From the NCBI GenBank assembly GCA_012295275.1, contig CM022669.1, forward strand, positions 2,728,001-2,792,000: a stretch of 64,000 nt of DNA. Direction: 5' to 3'. Within the stretch, counting starts at the first letter, position 1, and every line of letters starts with the position of its first letter. Origin of the DNA: Chrysomallon squamiferum. Taxonomy: Eukaryota > Animalia > Mollusca. A program made the translations under genes and the position numbers. A model generated the notes under the pieces. That model searched no databases. It had not been told where the DNA came from and was given only the letters and a program-made list of their open reading frames with translations. Shown here in pieces: positions 11,932 through 25,580 of the stretch.

Positions 11932-12673
11932 ATACTACTACTACTAATAATCTTAATTAAAGAAATTAGAACCAAATTATTTATTAAATGTTACTTTTAA
12001 TATATATTACAAAAGGTAAAAAATAAATAAAATAGAATTAACAGTACATTCAGCTCACAAATACCTAAATAAATTAAGAAACTAAATCAAATATCTTCTG
12101 TTCTGCTAATTCAAAAATTGTCATATTACTTCTTATTAAGCAAGTATGTCTCAAACATCAAAGTCAACATTAAGGATTATTTTTAAAAATAAATTATTAA
12201 AAAAATGGCACACTTGTCTCTGTAGATTTTTCTATTCATTTTCCGCATCTCTCTTGCACTTCTTTCTGGATCAAAATTGTCCATAAACTTGCCAGTATTA
12301 CCGAATGATAGCATCTTCAACTGTTTAGCCACTGTCTGAATAAAGTTTTGATAAAAGAAAGTGTATTCAGATACATTTCCAAGAAATTTAGATTTTTTAA
12401 ATATTATTTATTTATTTATTTATATATTTATTTATTCATTAGTTATATTAAATGATATCAATAATTATGAAAATATGGTGGAGAAACATTAGCACTTTTA
12501 GTAGCATGGACCAATGATGTTTTTAAAATAAATATAGGAAACTCCTTGTTTGCATACATAATAGTACATGTTTTAGAAGTTGAATGCTTTTTGTTTTAGA
12601 AAGAGTGAAAATTTAATTTTTAATAAAAAAAATTATAAGGTCGGTTGTCGGACCTTTAATTAGTATAGACAAA

Positions 12674-12713
<40 letters not shown>

Positions 12714-13198
12714 AGGAAACTCGTTGTTTGTTTTAGAAGTTGAATACTTTTTGTTTTAAAGAAAAAGAGTGAAAATTTAATTTTTAATACTTTTTTTTAT
12801 AAGGCCGGTTGACGGACCTTTAATTTTTTTTTTTTTTTTTAATTTTCTCTTGTAAAACTGATTCAAGCTTTATAACAAATGTTACATGTATCAACTAATC
12901 AAGGCAATCATTCAAACAACGTACTCAAAACCGTCTGCTATGGAGTTTTAATTTTAGGTAAAAAACCAAAATCTCGAAATACTGAAAATGTGTGTGATTG
13001 TGTGTGTGTGGGAGAGGGAGAGAGAGAGAGAGAGAGAACCTGATCATCATTTTCGTCGCTTCCATTTGTATCGTTGTTTGTTGAAGACTGACTTTCATGG
13101 TCTTTCTTATGCTGTCTTGTAACACGATCCACTTTCATAGTTTCTTGTTTCACATCCACTATACTGTCTATTTTGTTATCATCTCCTGGCTGCTCCAT
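11570..13198 (-). CDS. ARL14EP: ARL14 effector protein homologue; exons 13198-13040, 12335-12214, 11804-11570
   Basis: GT-AG splicing keeps frame; protein contains KFMDNFDPERSAREMRKMNR and [51 protein letters not shown], the conserved Cys-rich ARL14EP C-terminal domain. Confidence 0.92.
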
Positions 13199-13199
13199 C

Positions 13200-13670
13200 G
13201 AACATTTTGTTGTGCTGTAATCATTTCAGACTACATTACAGATTACTTCTCTCTGGACCCATTTCAGATTCGGAATACTTCGTTTACTTCCGGACTGGTT
13301 TCATCAAAAGACGGATTTAATCCATGAATTTATGATCATGAAAATAAAATAGAAAAATAAAATTTGAAAAGAATATCTTCATAACAGATACCGTGACTAT
13401 TTATAATAAATATAAATCATAATCTAGAGCAATACTAATAATTAAATAAACATATCTAAATTAAAATTTTATGATTGTATCCGTGTAAGAAAAAACAAAG
13501 CAGAAAAAATGTGGTTACTTCTCCGGAAGTCGGGGACAATTTCGTGTGTTTTTATTCTTGTCTTAATGCTCAGTTGGGTTCGCTTTTAATTCTCGGTGTA
13601 AATGATTTTCTTCAGTTAAATTTATTTTGAAGTAACGCGGAATATTTATATAGTTATTGGTGTAAACAGG
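13200..13670. promoter_or_regulatory. Bidirectional promoter ARL14EP/SNUPN with ETS-type motifs
   Basis: Between divergent genes; ACTTCCGG at ~13286, CCGGAAGT at ~13522; CpG-enriched; CAG|GTAAAA at ~13669 is a likely donor for a non-coding first exon of SNUPN (acceptor ~14013). Confidence 0.6.
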
Positions 13671-13934
13671 TAAAAATAAACAGATACTAAGATATACATT
13701 CAGCGAATTCACAACACATATCAGAATAATAAAATAATAAAATTAAAATAAGTTAGTAAAACAAAAATCTATGATTATCGCTTTCGACAGTTCCGTTTTT
13801 ATGTATTCATTCAGTTAATTTAACTTGGTACCTATTATTAATCTAATTATGAATCTACCTTACATTAAAACAGTATGATCTCATTCTTCTTCTTCTTCTT
13901 CTTCTTATTGTTATTCAACTTATTGTTATTGTTA

Positions 13935-13993
<59 letters not shown>

Positions 13994-14088
13994 ATTATTA
14001 TTATTATTTTCAGATACTAACTGAACCTGCAGATCAAGATTCAGATATCAGATGAATAAAGACAACAGATATTAAATAAAATACCACT

Positions 14089-14365
14089 ATGGATAATCTT
14101 ACATTAGAATTTGCTGGTACTTTTCAAGTCAGCCATACACCAAACACAACAGCTGCTCCACATCCACGATATTCACAGTACAAGTCAAAAGGATCAAACT
14201 TCTTGCAGAATGATAGACGGCAACGACTCTTGGAAATTCAGAAACAGTTGGTTTCTTCTTTTTCCTTCCCATATTTAAACATGTCATTCCCAGCTTTCTG
14301 TATTAATATGTGCGTGGGTCTGTTTGTACATATGCAGAGCTTGATTTATTTTGGAAATTTATTTA

Positions 14366-14410
<45 letters not shown>

Positions 14411-17400
14411 CATGTGTGCGTACGTATGTATAATTATTGTTTTTTGACTAAGGTAATATAGGTATATACATATGCACAGTTATTACCACTTATTAATGTG
14501 AAGTTTTATTTGATTAGTTTTGTTTACATTTTAGAACATTAGCCTTATATTTTACTTGTTTAGGCAAAGATTTGATGCTGTTGCTCATGCAAGGCGTTTG
14601 GCAGATGATCACTGGAAAGGTATGGAGAAAAATGGTGATGAAGGTGCAGTAGAAATGGAAGCCAGTGATGCTGATGTGAAGAAGCCAGGCAGATATTACA
14701 AGAATCAGGTTTATAAGACTTTTTCTTCCTAAATCTTTACCCCCAAAAATATATATTTGTTTTTCTCAAGATATTATACTCAATGGTATTAGTTTTATCA
14801 TTAGTAAATTCCAAATTGCAATTTCTGGTAAAATCTTTCTGTTTTAATATTAAATCTATAAATGTTTTGAATTTGGCAGTCATTCTTTGTTTTTAAAAAA
14901 ATATTAAAAATAAAAATAAGTGTCTTGAGTACATCAGAAAACATTTAAATAAGCAAAGATAATGAAACCAAAAAATGAAAACAAATTTCTGTTTTTGTTT
15001 TGATATAACAAATGTTTGATATAATTTAAATAAAAAGGAATTATCTGATGATCTTCTGAGTTTCATGTGACATTTTTATCTGTATTTGTGTATATTAATG
15101 TATGCATTAATCACTGGCAATTTAGCTAATGATGTCTGAATGGCTAGTGGAAGTTCCAGAAGATTTTCAAGAAGAATGGCTCATGGTTCCTTGTCCTGTG
15201 GGCAAGCGGACTCTTGTTGTGGCATCACATGTAAGTATTTTTTATTTGTTGATGTAGCTATCTGTAAATGCTCTGATAGTAACAGAGTAACTGTTTTGTG
15301 ACAATAGCAAGTTGAATAGTTATAATTATAACTGTTATGGTTATGGTATTAATTGTTGTTGATTTTAATAATATAATATAGAGAACAATATATATATGTA
15401 AATCAGCGTTTTTATTTTCAGGTGACAAAAATCATATAATTTTGAGAAAAACTATTATGACTGTTTAAATACTGATAAAATGAACACAGTATTTTTGAAA
15501 AGTGTGGTGGCTTACAGTTACAAAGTTTTTATTTAATTTTACTTAGGGGAAAACGGTAGCTTACAACAAAGTAGGTTATCGAATCAACACCTTTCCATCT
15601 GACCTTCCTGGTGGCAGCCGACAGTCTAAGAAACATAACTGTGAGTTGGAATAAACTAATATTAATTACATCAATCAGAAAATTAAATACATTTCATCAT
15701 TATATACATTTCTTAATAAGATAGATAACTACTGTGACTGTCAGTCAGTTGATTGTACACGAATGTATAAACCAGTGATATATATGCTCACTCACATATA
15801 CATATATAACTATTTTCTAAATTTCTTGACATAGTATCTCATTTTTGTTTCAGATTACACAATTTTGGACTGCTTGTTTGATGAAGTAACAGGAACATAC
15901 TGGATTTTAGATCTCATGTGCTGGAAGTCTATGCCAATTTATGAAACAGAGGTGAAAACCTAACAATACAAATTACAACAAGGAAGCTGATTAATTTTTT
16001 GTAACTTATTGAGCTCAGAAGTGTGTAAATTATTTCTTAATATTAAGTTTAACGAAAAAAACCTGAATTTCAATTTTATCTCTTTTGGCAATTTGTTAAA
16101 CTGGAAGCAATCAGTCAAATTTTATAAGCAGCTGTCACTTAACAGTTTGCTGTCTTCAAATATAATGTTTCTAATATTGATTTAATATCATAATTACAAA
16201 TTATTATTTTTACCTCATTTGTTAAGAATGCCTTATCAAGTTAATTATTTACTCCAAATTACGTCTCAGGTGATAAAATTTTGAATAAAATGGTTTCATC
16301 TACATTTATTTTTTTGTTGCAGACTGAATTTCGTTTTTATTGGCTGCATCAGAACTTACAAGAAATGCCACATTTGAGTGTCAAAAGAAGGCAGAATCCA
16401 GTATGTATAAAAATTTATTTTAATAACATTCATTTTTATTTTTTGTTTTAGGATATTGTTGTTGTTTGAACTAGTATTATTTATTATTGTTATTTTCAGT
16501 ATTGTTTCCAAGCTTTGCCTTGTTTTCCTTGCACTCCTCAGGCAACTGAAGAAGCCTTGGCTAACTCCTCATTTGAGGTAATTGTTTTGTTTGAGCGTTT
16601 CTCTAATAACAATAAAAATAACTGTAACAACAACAATGGCTTAAAAAATATTTGTGCAACTAAAAAAAAATATTTTTCTTCATCAAATAAAAGAATAGTC
16701 TGGAGGATTCATTATGTTTACCAGCATTATTTTTAACTCATAAATTTCAATTCATCTTGAGCATTCTAATATCTTCCGATTATAAATTATGTGGAGACAA
16801 GTTTTTGTAATGAATTAAAAGAACAATTCTCATTTTGTAAACTGCAAAATGTGTTTACATTTGCTTTATAAAATTCTATGTGTCATTATGTGTATATATT
16901 TTAGGGTTTTTAATAAAGGATAAGTGTCAAAATATAAGAGAGATTTTTCTTGTTAATGACATTTCTTTGGTATAACAGGGAATAACTGTGATCAAATAAT
17001 TGATATCCATAATCCTGTAGCTGTCTGGTAGAATATTAATTTATTAGATAGGTGTAGTTAATGATAATGAATATATAACTGATTTTATATTATCCTATTC
17101 TGTTAATTTATTTCTGTTTTGTCACTTTTTGCAGATCGATGGTCTTCTTTTCTTCCACAAGAGAACTCATTATACATTTGGCTCAACCCCACTGGTGGTC
17201 TGGCTCAAACCTTACATGGTGCAAGATGTACTCAACATTGCTGTTCCTGAGACTTACATGTCACAGATGCCCCACACATATATTGATTATGCACATCACA
17301 TAGCTGCAGTGAAAGCTGATAAACACGGTAATGAACACAGACGAGAAAAGAAAAACAAAAAATCTACACCAGATGGAAAGAAAGCCAATAACATAATTTC

Positions 17401-17797
17401 TGAAAAAACAGAAGAAAATGGTCAAATGTTTAATCAAGAACTGGAAATGGATGTTAATCAGATAAACCAAAGTGAGGTCCGGTCATGTCCAGTGGGTGTT
17501 ACCATGGAGACAAGTATAAGTTCTGAGGCTGTCAGTCAGTGTGAGGCACAGATCAAACTATTAATTCAGCCAACGAAGTTTAAACTTGGACAGCTAAAGT
17601 TAATTGAACCTGTCACAACTGTTCTAGATAAAACTAACACAGATGGACAGCTGGATAGTGTTACCAATAGTAATGTAGAAATTTCACCTCAACACAGTAT
17701 TAAAGATGAAATGTTTTCTATAGAAGATTCCATGACTTTAGAACCAAGTACGGGAAATGACAGTGCATCAATAGAAACTAAACCAGTGGGTCAGTAA
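14089..17797 (+). CDS. SNUPN: Snurportin-1; exons 14089-14246, 14564-14708, 15126-15230, 15547-15640, 15854-15951, 16323-16400, 16500-16577, 17135-17797 (~472 aa)
   Basis: N-terminal importin-beta-binding region ([24 protein letters not shown]) and m3G-cap domain motifs [52 protein letters not shown]; all junctions GT-AG and in frame. Confidence 0.96.
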
Positions 17798-18715
17798 AAA
17801 TAAGAAAATATAAAAACATTCACCTCTTGTATAAAACAATAACTAAAAAAATATATATTTCACCTTTCCATATGGTATGAAGAAATAACATTTTTATTTC
17901 AGCTTTAAGAAATTAAATTTATCTGAAGAATTAAACAAAGTAACAGATTTTTAATGGAGAATTATTCATCTTTGCTGTGATGTTGAAGAACGACATTTGT
18001 TACTAAATGATGCTCATTAAGAATTTAATGACATTTATACTGAACTGTTTGGAAGCAGTCATTCTCACCATTCATCAAACATTTTGTGAATACTTGTATG
18101 TGTATCATAAACCAACTGACAACATTGTTTATTTAGCATATTTTTACTCTTAGTATATACTGTAATAAATGTACTTTGTTTTTATATGTATTGTTCAAGT
18201 TCTTCAAAATCTTTAGTAAAAGGCTATAGTTAAGGAAAATAATAAAGCCAAGGTACGCAAAGAACAGAAATTTTAATCTGCATCTACATTTAGTCCTTAG
18301 ATGTCCATCTGTTTCCTTTTTTTTTTACACCAGGTAAGATAAAAATACAAACTTTTCTAAGGCCAGATGGGCTATCAAACTTTATTATAATGTAACACTG
18401 CTTTTGAGGAAACCTGTTCTTTATTTTCTTCCAACATTTAGATATATTTTAAAATTAGATTTTATCTTCTTTTGTCTTCCATTCATTATTACAGTGATGT
18501 GCTGCAATATCATTATTTTCCTACATCTAATTTATAACCATATTTTTAAAACAATCTAAATCCTGATAATACTGTTACAAATCTTTTCCTCCATCATGTC
18601 ATCTTTACAGACACTTCATTATCTTTATTGTGATTCCTTTCTATCAGTTTTCACCTTTCTGAAGCTTGTAGCTGATTCCTCTTTGTTGTTATGCATATTT
18701 CTGTATAATTTGCTG

Positions 18716-20189
18716 TTAGCATGGATTTCCCACGATGTCCAAATCATAGATAGTTATCCTTCCATAGAAATCTGTACTGTTATTAAATATGATCTTTACA
18801 AAATCAACTGGAAAGGCATCTTCTGGCATTTTGAAAATGTAATAAATGTTATGGAATAATATTAGGATTTTGTGAATGAACATTTAAAAACTGAAGAATA
18901 CAGTACAAATGATTTAATATTAGTTTCATCTTAGTTTACAAAATTTTTACCGATTTTTATGATTTCTGATATTTTAACTTGTGAAATTATTACATATCAA
19001 AGCTGAGTTTCAGCAAAACAATTAAAAACAATTTTTTTTTAAAAGGATATCTGTTGTGAACTGTTGTCTTCTGGAAAGATTTGCATGACTTTTCTGAAAT
19101 CAGATCCTTCAAGTTTGCCTTCAATCCAACAATTTTTGCCAACAAAGCCACCTTGAAACTGAATACGTATTTCTGTAATGTAACATTGTCTGCCAAGATC
19201 TACAATAACCCACTGCGGTGAGCCCTGAAATGAAAAAAAAAAAAAATAAATAAAAAATAAAATTATTTGTTGATTTATAAAAAAAACATTTAATTCCACC
19301 ATGTAATTTATTTTTGTTCAGATTTAATTATCTTAAATTCTTAAGATATGGATTAACAATCAACCATGAAAATTCTTTTTTTTTTGGTTGATAATCATTA
19401 AAAAGTTTTCAAGAGGAAAATAAAAGACAAAGAATTAAGCAATATGTTCATATTTTCAGGTGTTTTTGGTTTTGTTTGGAGGGGGTGGTGGTATGTAAAG
19501 CCTTTCACAGCAAACTCTACAGTTGAAAACTTTATTTCTGATTTGGCATGTAACTAGATTAAGTCACTTAACAGTGACAAAATAAACAATTGTGGAACAA
19601 GTTTTGCATTTGTGATAAATGAACAAAGGTTGACAACCTGCTCTGAATTCCAGCAGGTGTCTTCATTCCGATCAAGTAGGTATTTTTTCCCAAATTGTTT
19701 TATATCATTATTTAACACTGAACTCACTCTGCAAATAAAATCAGATAATGAATTTATGAATAATGAAAGAGCTCTTTTCACAAAGTGAAATTTTTAATCA
19801 TGTGATAAAAACATGTGATAAAAAAGAACCATTATTTAATATGATAATTTAATCTCAAAGAAAAACTGTGCTAATAATAATAAAAATAATTTAAATGGTA
19901 GTTCTTGTATTATACTTACACCTGTCTGCCAAAATAATATAAGCTATTGTAATAAATTTTTATACGGTTCCGTACATACAGCAGTTTAACAGGTTTGAAA
20001 TTTAAAAAAAAAAAAATGATAATAATAATGATAATAATAGTTATATCAGTTGCACATCATTTTATTATTTAAAATGGATAGGAGTAATTAAATTTCGTCA
20101 AATATTAAATTATAAAAAGGGAGAGCGTTAATTTGTTTATATTATGCCTACCGTGTTTTCGTTCTTTCTGATATAATGGAGGCTGCCAT
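18716..20189 (-). CDS. NR2C2AP: Nuclear receptor 2C2-associated protein (TRA16); exons 20189-20152, 19728-19638, 19224-19051, 18838-18716
   Basis: RVSSVLNNDIKQFGKKYL..EDTCWNSEQGSPQWV..IQFQGGFVG..FPEDNSSQQ/IF..STDFYGRITIYDLDIVG; last intron is AT-AC. Confidence 0.94.
18839..19050 (-). other. U12-type (minor spliceosome) AT-AC intron of NR2C2AP
   Basis: 5' end ATATCCTTT, branch site TTCCATAAC ending 9 nt before the 3' splice junction (intron ends ..ATTTATTAC); removal restores the conserved reading frame. Confidence 0.92.
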
Positions 20190-20882
20190 AACAAGTACGC
20201 CGTATATCATTAACAAAAAAAAAAAAAAAACACAACAAACTTACGAATATGTTCAGCTACATAATTTGAAGGATTTAAAAAGGGGAAATATTTAGAATAA
20301 AATAAAACACGAATTGTATTATTAAATCGAACGCACTTGAGGAAATCAAAGTTTGCCGAAAAGTAACGAAGGAATTTCTCGGCGGATGTTATTGATTCGG
20401 GACCTTTCCGTGGTACATTTATCAAATATTGCCGAGTGATGTCGAAATAGAAATGAAAGGAAAATTAGGCATGTATGCATCTTACTGTAGATATAAACAT
20501 GATGAATTACATTCAATCATTCATTTAACAAAATCTCAGTCATATTCTTTTGTAAATTGGCATTCCACGCAGAAGTTAATTATTCAACTTTAACCTGTTG
20601 ACGTGAAGTTGATATTCTGTTGTTCAGGAATTCTATTGAGAAATAAAAATAAAGTTCTGAAAGTTTGTTTATTGTATTTCATACCTTATATTTTAAATAT
20701 ACGGTTTAAACTATTTAGAAACATTAACTTTAATATACAGTGTTAATGAATCTTAGTATAATTAAATGACTGAGAACCATACATCACATGTGATTTTTTA
20801 TCAAATATTCATCGAGGTGTCATATTCATGATACGGAATATTTTCATTTTCTTATAACAGGTAATCCACGGAATGATTACTC

Positions 20883-22573
20883 ATGTTTACAAGAATATTT
20901 TGTAATGTTCAGAAAGCAACAAAATGTGCTGACTTCCTGCAAGAAACAAAACACATGCATACCAAATATTCTGATTTCATGATGCCAAGAAACAAGAAAC
21001 AGAATATATCAGAAAAGGTACATAATAAAAAATATTGTTAATATTTCGTTCATGTCTATAAAAAAAAAAAGAGAAAACACACACACACACACACATCTCT
21101 ATCTACCTTCAGATATAGTCTCAAAAGTATGACAGTTGAATATGTTATTAAAAATATTTCTTCCTTTCTTAAAGAATAGGTTGACTTTCATGTTTTATTC
21201 CAAAGATAATAATAACTTAGTTGACATATCAGTATTAAATAATTATACTCACTGATTTGTTTATATTTTAAATAAGGTAATTTCTTTTGAAGAACAGAAT
21301 ATCTAAATAAATTTTAATAATTCAAAAACAGAATAATTACAATAGTCTTTAATGCTGGCTTCATCTTTATATTCACAGTCTTCTTAATGTAATGAAATGT
21401 TCATTTGTCTGGTTTCATTTTAGAAAGCATCAGCAGAAAGTCAGCCATCAGTAGCAGCTGTAGTTGCCAATGTCAAAGAGAAGACAGTTTCAATTAAGGT
21501 GTTGGCAAAACCAGGAAGCAAACAAAATGGGATCACAGGTTATATTTCTTTAGTTTTTAAATAGATTTTCATGATATTGATAAATACTCTATGAATATCA
21601 ATGACAGTATTTTTTTTTATTTATCAAAGCAAATTTATGTCAAGACATTTTGTGATTTCTACAGTAAGTATTCTCATTTCTGATGAATGTTGCAATCATC
21701 TTATAAAGGTTTTTTTTGTTTTTTACTGTCACACATTCACTACAAGCTGTGCCATTATCAGTTCAGCCAGAAATAGTTACTGCTTCTATAGTTTCCAAAG
21801 CAAGAAATCAAACTATTTCATGCATTTGGAATAATATTATTAGTAGATAAGGACCCAGATGAATTATGTTTTGAAATAAAAAGTGAAACTTTCTCTCCAC
21901 CCAACAGTGTAGCATATTCGGAATTATTTTTAAGTTAATAATATTTACTTTTATACAAGAATAATAGTTTTAATAAATTGTTATCTGTATCTGTTATATT
22001 TAAAAGAAATTGGTGCTGATGGTGTAAGCATTCAGATTTCTGCACCTCCAGTTGATGGTGAAGCCAATGCAGAACTCATCAAGTATCTATCAAAGGTCCT
22101 TGGACTTCGCAAATCAGATCTCAGCCTAGATAAAGTAAACACAATTTTTAAACACATACTTTTTTTTGTGTTGTAATTTTTAATACATTTTGTGCTTTTA
22201 ATATTTTTTGAATTACCCCAGAAATCATTAAAGTAAACAAAATAAAAAAATAAAATAAAATGTTAAAATGATTTATTTTGAATAAGTTGCTGATTATAAG
22301 TTATTTAAAATACATTTTCCAACACAGATTACCAATCAAGTTTTATGCAAATTCATTTGATGTTTGTTTTGCATGGTAATACTTAATTGCTTAATAATAC
22401 GTAACATCAATCCTGTTGAAGCAGTGTACCAGTTTTCAAGTTCATCATACTTAAAAAGTTATACTTATTTTTTTCAGGGCTCAAAATCAAAGCATAAAAC
22501 TGTTGTTGTGTATGCATCAGTTACAGCTGAAGAAATTCTCAAAAAACTGCAATCAGAAATGGAAAGAAGCTGA
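20883..22573 (+). CDS. C15orf40: UPF0235/DUF167 protein (C15orf40 homologue); exons 20883-21017, 21424-21538, 22007-22134, 22478-22573
   Basis: [66 protein letters not shown]. Start uncertain (in-frame ATGs at 20883, 20955, 20979, 20982). Confidence 0.92.
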
Positions 22574-22784
22574 TTAAAGCATTCAGTAGCATATGAAATG
22601 TTAGTGATGTTTAATGTTCTGAGAACAGAAAGACATTTGTTTCAAAATGAGATTATAAATATTTTTTATTTCATCAGAAAGTGACAGAACAGTTTGATGA
22701 ATAAATAACTTAATTCTGTGAAGCCAAGTGTTGTACATTGTTTACTGTGTGAATTATTTTCCTTAATAATTATCTTTTGGTTGG

Positions 22785-22950
22785 AGTAGGCTGTAGCTGA
22801 ATATTATCATGCTTGCTAGAGTTGTGATTACTCATCAGTACTCCCATTTGGCTATTTCCCTCATTAGCCAGAACTAGCATTAGTAACAGTATGTACTTTC
22901 CTATCTTTAGGAATAGAAAAGATCTCTTATTGCTAACTGACAAAAGCAAG
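22785..22950 (+). mobile_element. Degenerate tRNA-derived SINE in/after the C15orf40 3' UTR
   Basis: A-box-like GTAGCTGAAT, then CCCATTTGGCTATTTC..AGCCAG..GTATGTACTTTCCT..AAAAGATCTCTTATTGCTAA, which resembles the central domain of gastropod SINEs as I recall it. Confidence 0.5.
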
Positions 22951-23674
22951 ATTTTTCATCCATAATTATGCATTTCAAAACTTTTTAAATATTGATTTAA
23001 AATACATTGATTGCATTGTTAATAATGTTTTTCTATCCTTGCATTAGGTTCAGATATACAGATCAAAATGACATTATTCTCTGATGAGGCCATGCTGACC
23101 CTTTATATTGATAAATCAATATGAATTAATTGATAATCATAGTAATATTTTTGTTTTGTTCTAATTGCTCCTATTAGGATATATTACCTAATGTTATTGA
23201 ATCCTGTAGTTTGATGTTTTATGTGCCTTGTCCTGTGGGTGTCAGCTTGGGACATAGAAAATCCTATTTTATTTGCCGAATTGTGAATGGCCCGGTAAGC
23301 AGAAGGAACTAATTGGTTTGTATGGTCTGCATTGCATATAATTAAAAAGAACAAGACTGTTACGAAAGAATCTCAGTAAATAAGGTAATACAATGAATTC
23401 TCAAAGTGCGTTTGTAGATAAAAGATTTAATATCTAACTGTTCTGAGGACAGAGAGTATATTTGTTTACTTATTGTTTTCATTTTTATTTTTATAATCTT
23501 TCTACACTATTTTAATTTAAGATTTTTTAAACAATAAACTTTAAGCAAACTGTAATTACAGAGAAAAACTCAATAGAAGTCTTTTCTTTAAACATAAATA
23601 TTCTTTAGAAATAGGTTTTCAGTCATATTCAAATAACAACATTAACAACACTATTTTTTATCCAGTGAAATTTG

Positions 23675-25580
23675 TATCTGTGTTTTGTCCTCTGTGCTGT
23701 TACTCTGTGTTTTGTGTCCCTGTCCTGTTGTTGTCTGTGTATTGTTTTTGGTGTAGTGTGTATACTGTATATGTGTTCATGTAGTTTTTGTTTTATGTGT
23801 GATGTTTGTGTTGTGTGTCCTGTTGTGTGAAATTTTGTTTGTTTTGATTACATGCTGTTTGTATTGTGCATATTTTGTATGCTTGTTGTTGTTCCATGTT
23901 TGTGCTTTGTGTCCAGTGTGATGTGTATGTCTGTGATTTTATGGGTGTTGTGTTTGTGTATGATATATATTATGATATGTATTATGTTTTGTCTTTTATG
24001 TAGGTGTGTTTTTTGTGTTGTTCTGTCTTGTGCACTCCATACAGGAACCAAACACAACATGTACCACCTACAAAACAGAACACAGAAGACAATGCACAGA
24101 GTGGTGTCTAGTGCATGTGTTGTGTTTTGAGAACTTGGTATAGGTTATGTTTGGTTCATGTTGTGGTCTGGTGTGATGTTTTGTGTGCCTTGTCCTGAAT
24201 GGTATATGTAATGTATGCATTTTTGTATGTTTGTTTTTGCATGTTTGGGTTTTGTAAATGCATTTTTTGTATGTTTGTTGTAATGCTCTGTATCTGTATT
24301 TTGTGTCTGATGTTGAATGAGTGTTTGTTTTGTGTACCCTGTGTTGTTGCCATCTGTGTTTCTTATCTGGTGATATTTGTATCTGTGTTTTATCCCCTGT
24401 TGCTCTGAGTGTTTTGTGTCTCCTATCATGTTGCTGTTTGTGTTTTGTGTCCCCTGTGCTGTTGCTGTCTGTTTTGTGTTTGTTGTGGTGTGTGTGTGTG
24501 TGTGTGTGTGTGTGTTTATGTGTATTTTTTTTTTATGTGAGGTTTCTGTTGTGTGTCATGTGCTATGTTCCCTGTGGTGTGAAATTTTGTTTGTTTTGTC
24601 TTATATGCTGTGTGTATTATTGTGCATATTTTATATGTTTGTTGTTGTCCCATGTTTGTGCTTTGTGTCCAGTGTGATGTGTATGTCTGTGTGTTGTTTT
24701 TGGATTTTACGTGTATGCTGTGTATGTGTGTGATGTATATTATATGTATGATCTGCAGTCTGTTTTGTCTTTTCCGTTGTCCTGTCTTGTGCACACCACA
24801 CAGGCACCAACACATACCTGTGTGTTTCTCTGTGTGTGTCTGAGTATATATGTGTTTTTCTGTGTGTTTTTGTATGACTGAATGACTGTGTTGTATGTCA
24901 TGTTGGAGTGTGGTGTATTTGTTTTGTTCATGTTGTGTATGTTGTGTAGTGTATTTGTATTTTGTAACAGAAAGGGTGTAACACTGTGTTGTGCATCTCT
25001 GAGTGTCAGGTGTATGCATGTGTTTGTGTGTATGGGTTTGTTATGTCTGTGTCAGCACATTTTTTTTCTGTGGGATTGTCTGTTGTCTTGTGTCTGCATG
25101 TTTTTGTTGTGTCTGTCCATTTGGATACTTTGTGTTGTGTGTCATGTAGGTGGATGATTATTGCATGCCGTGTTTCTTTTGTGTGTAATGAACATGGAGT
25201 ATGTAGTCTGTCTGTTTCAGTGTATATATGTGGCTGTGTGTCCACGTCTGTCTGTCAATGTGTCCAACTATGTCTCTGTGTTTGTGTGAATCTATATATA
25301 AATGTCTGTGCCTGTATTAGAGTGTTAGTATTTTTGTGTGTCTGTGTCTATGTTTTTGTCTAGGTATATATGTGTGTTTGTCTGTATGTGTTTATTTCTT
25401 GTACAAGTGTTTGTGGGGTTTATGCTTTATGTTATGTAGTGTATGTGTTTCGTTTGGGGGATATCTATGTGTGTGTTGTGTGGTGTGAATCTGAAGTGTT
25501 ATATGTGTAACACACAACAGAAATAGCAGAAAACATCAACACACAGAGAGATATCCCCCAAACGAAACACATACACAGAG
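23675..25580. repeat. TG-rich low-complexity repeat block with internal direct and inverted duplications
   Basis: ~23680-24060 is repeated at ~24375-24815; 25439-25478 is inverted at 25535-25578; all ORFs here are C/V- or H/T-rich artefacts. Confidence 0.85.

Noticed and set aside
23848-25363. Many overlapping Cys/Val-rich and His/Thr-rich ORFs
   Set aside because: Translations of TG/CA low-complexity DNA; no domain or splice support.
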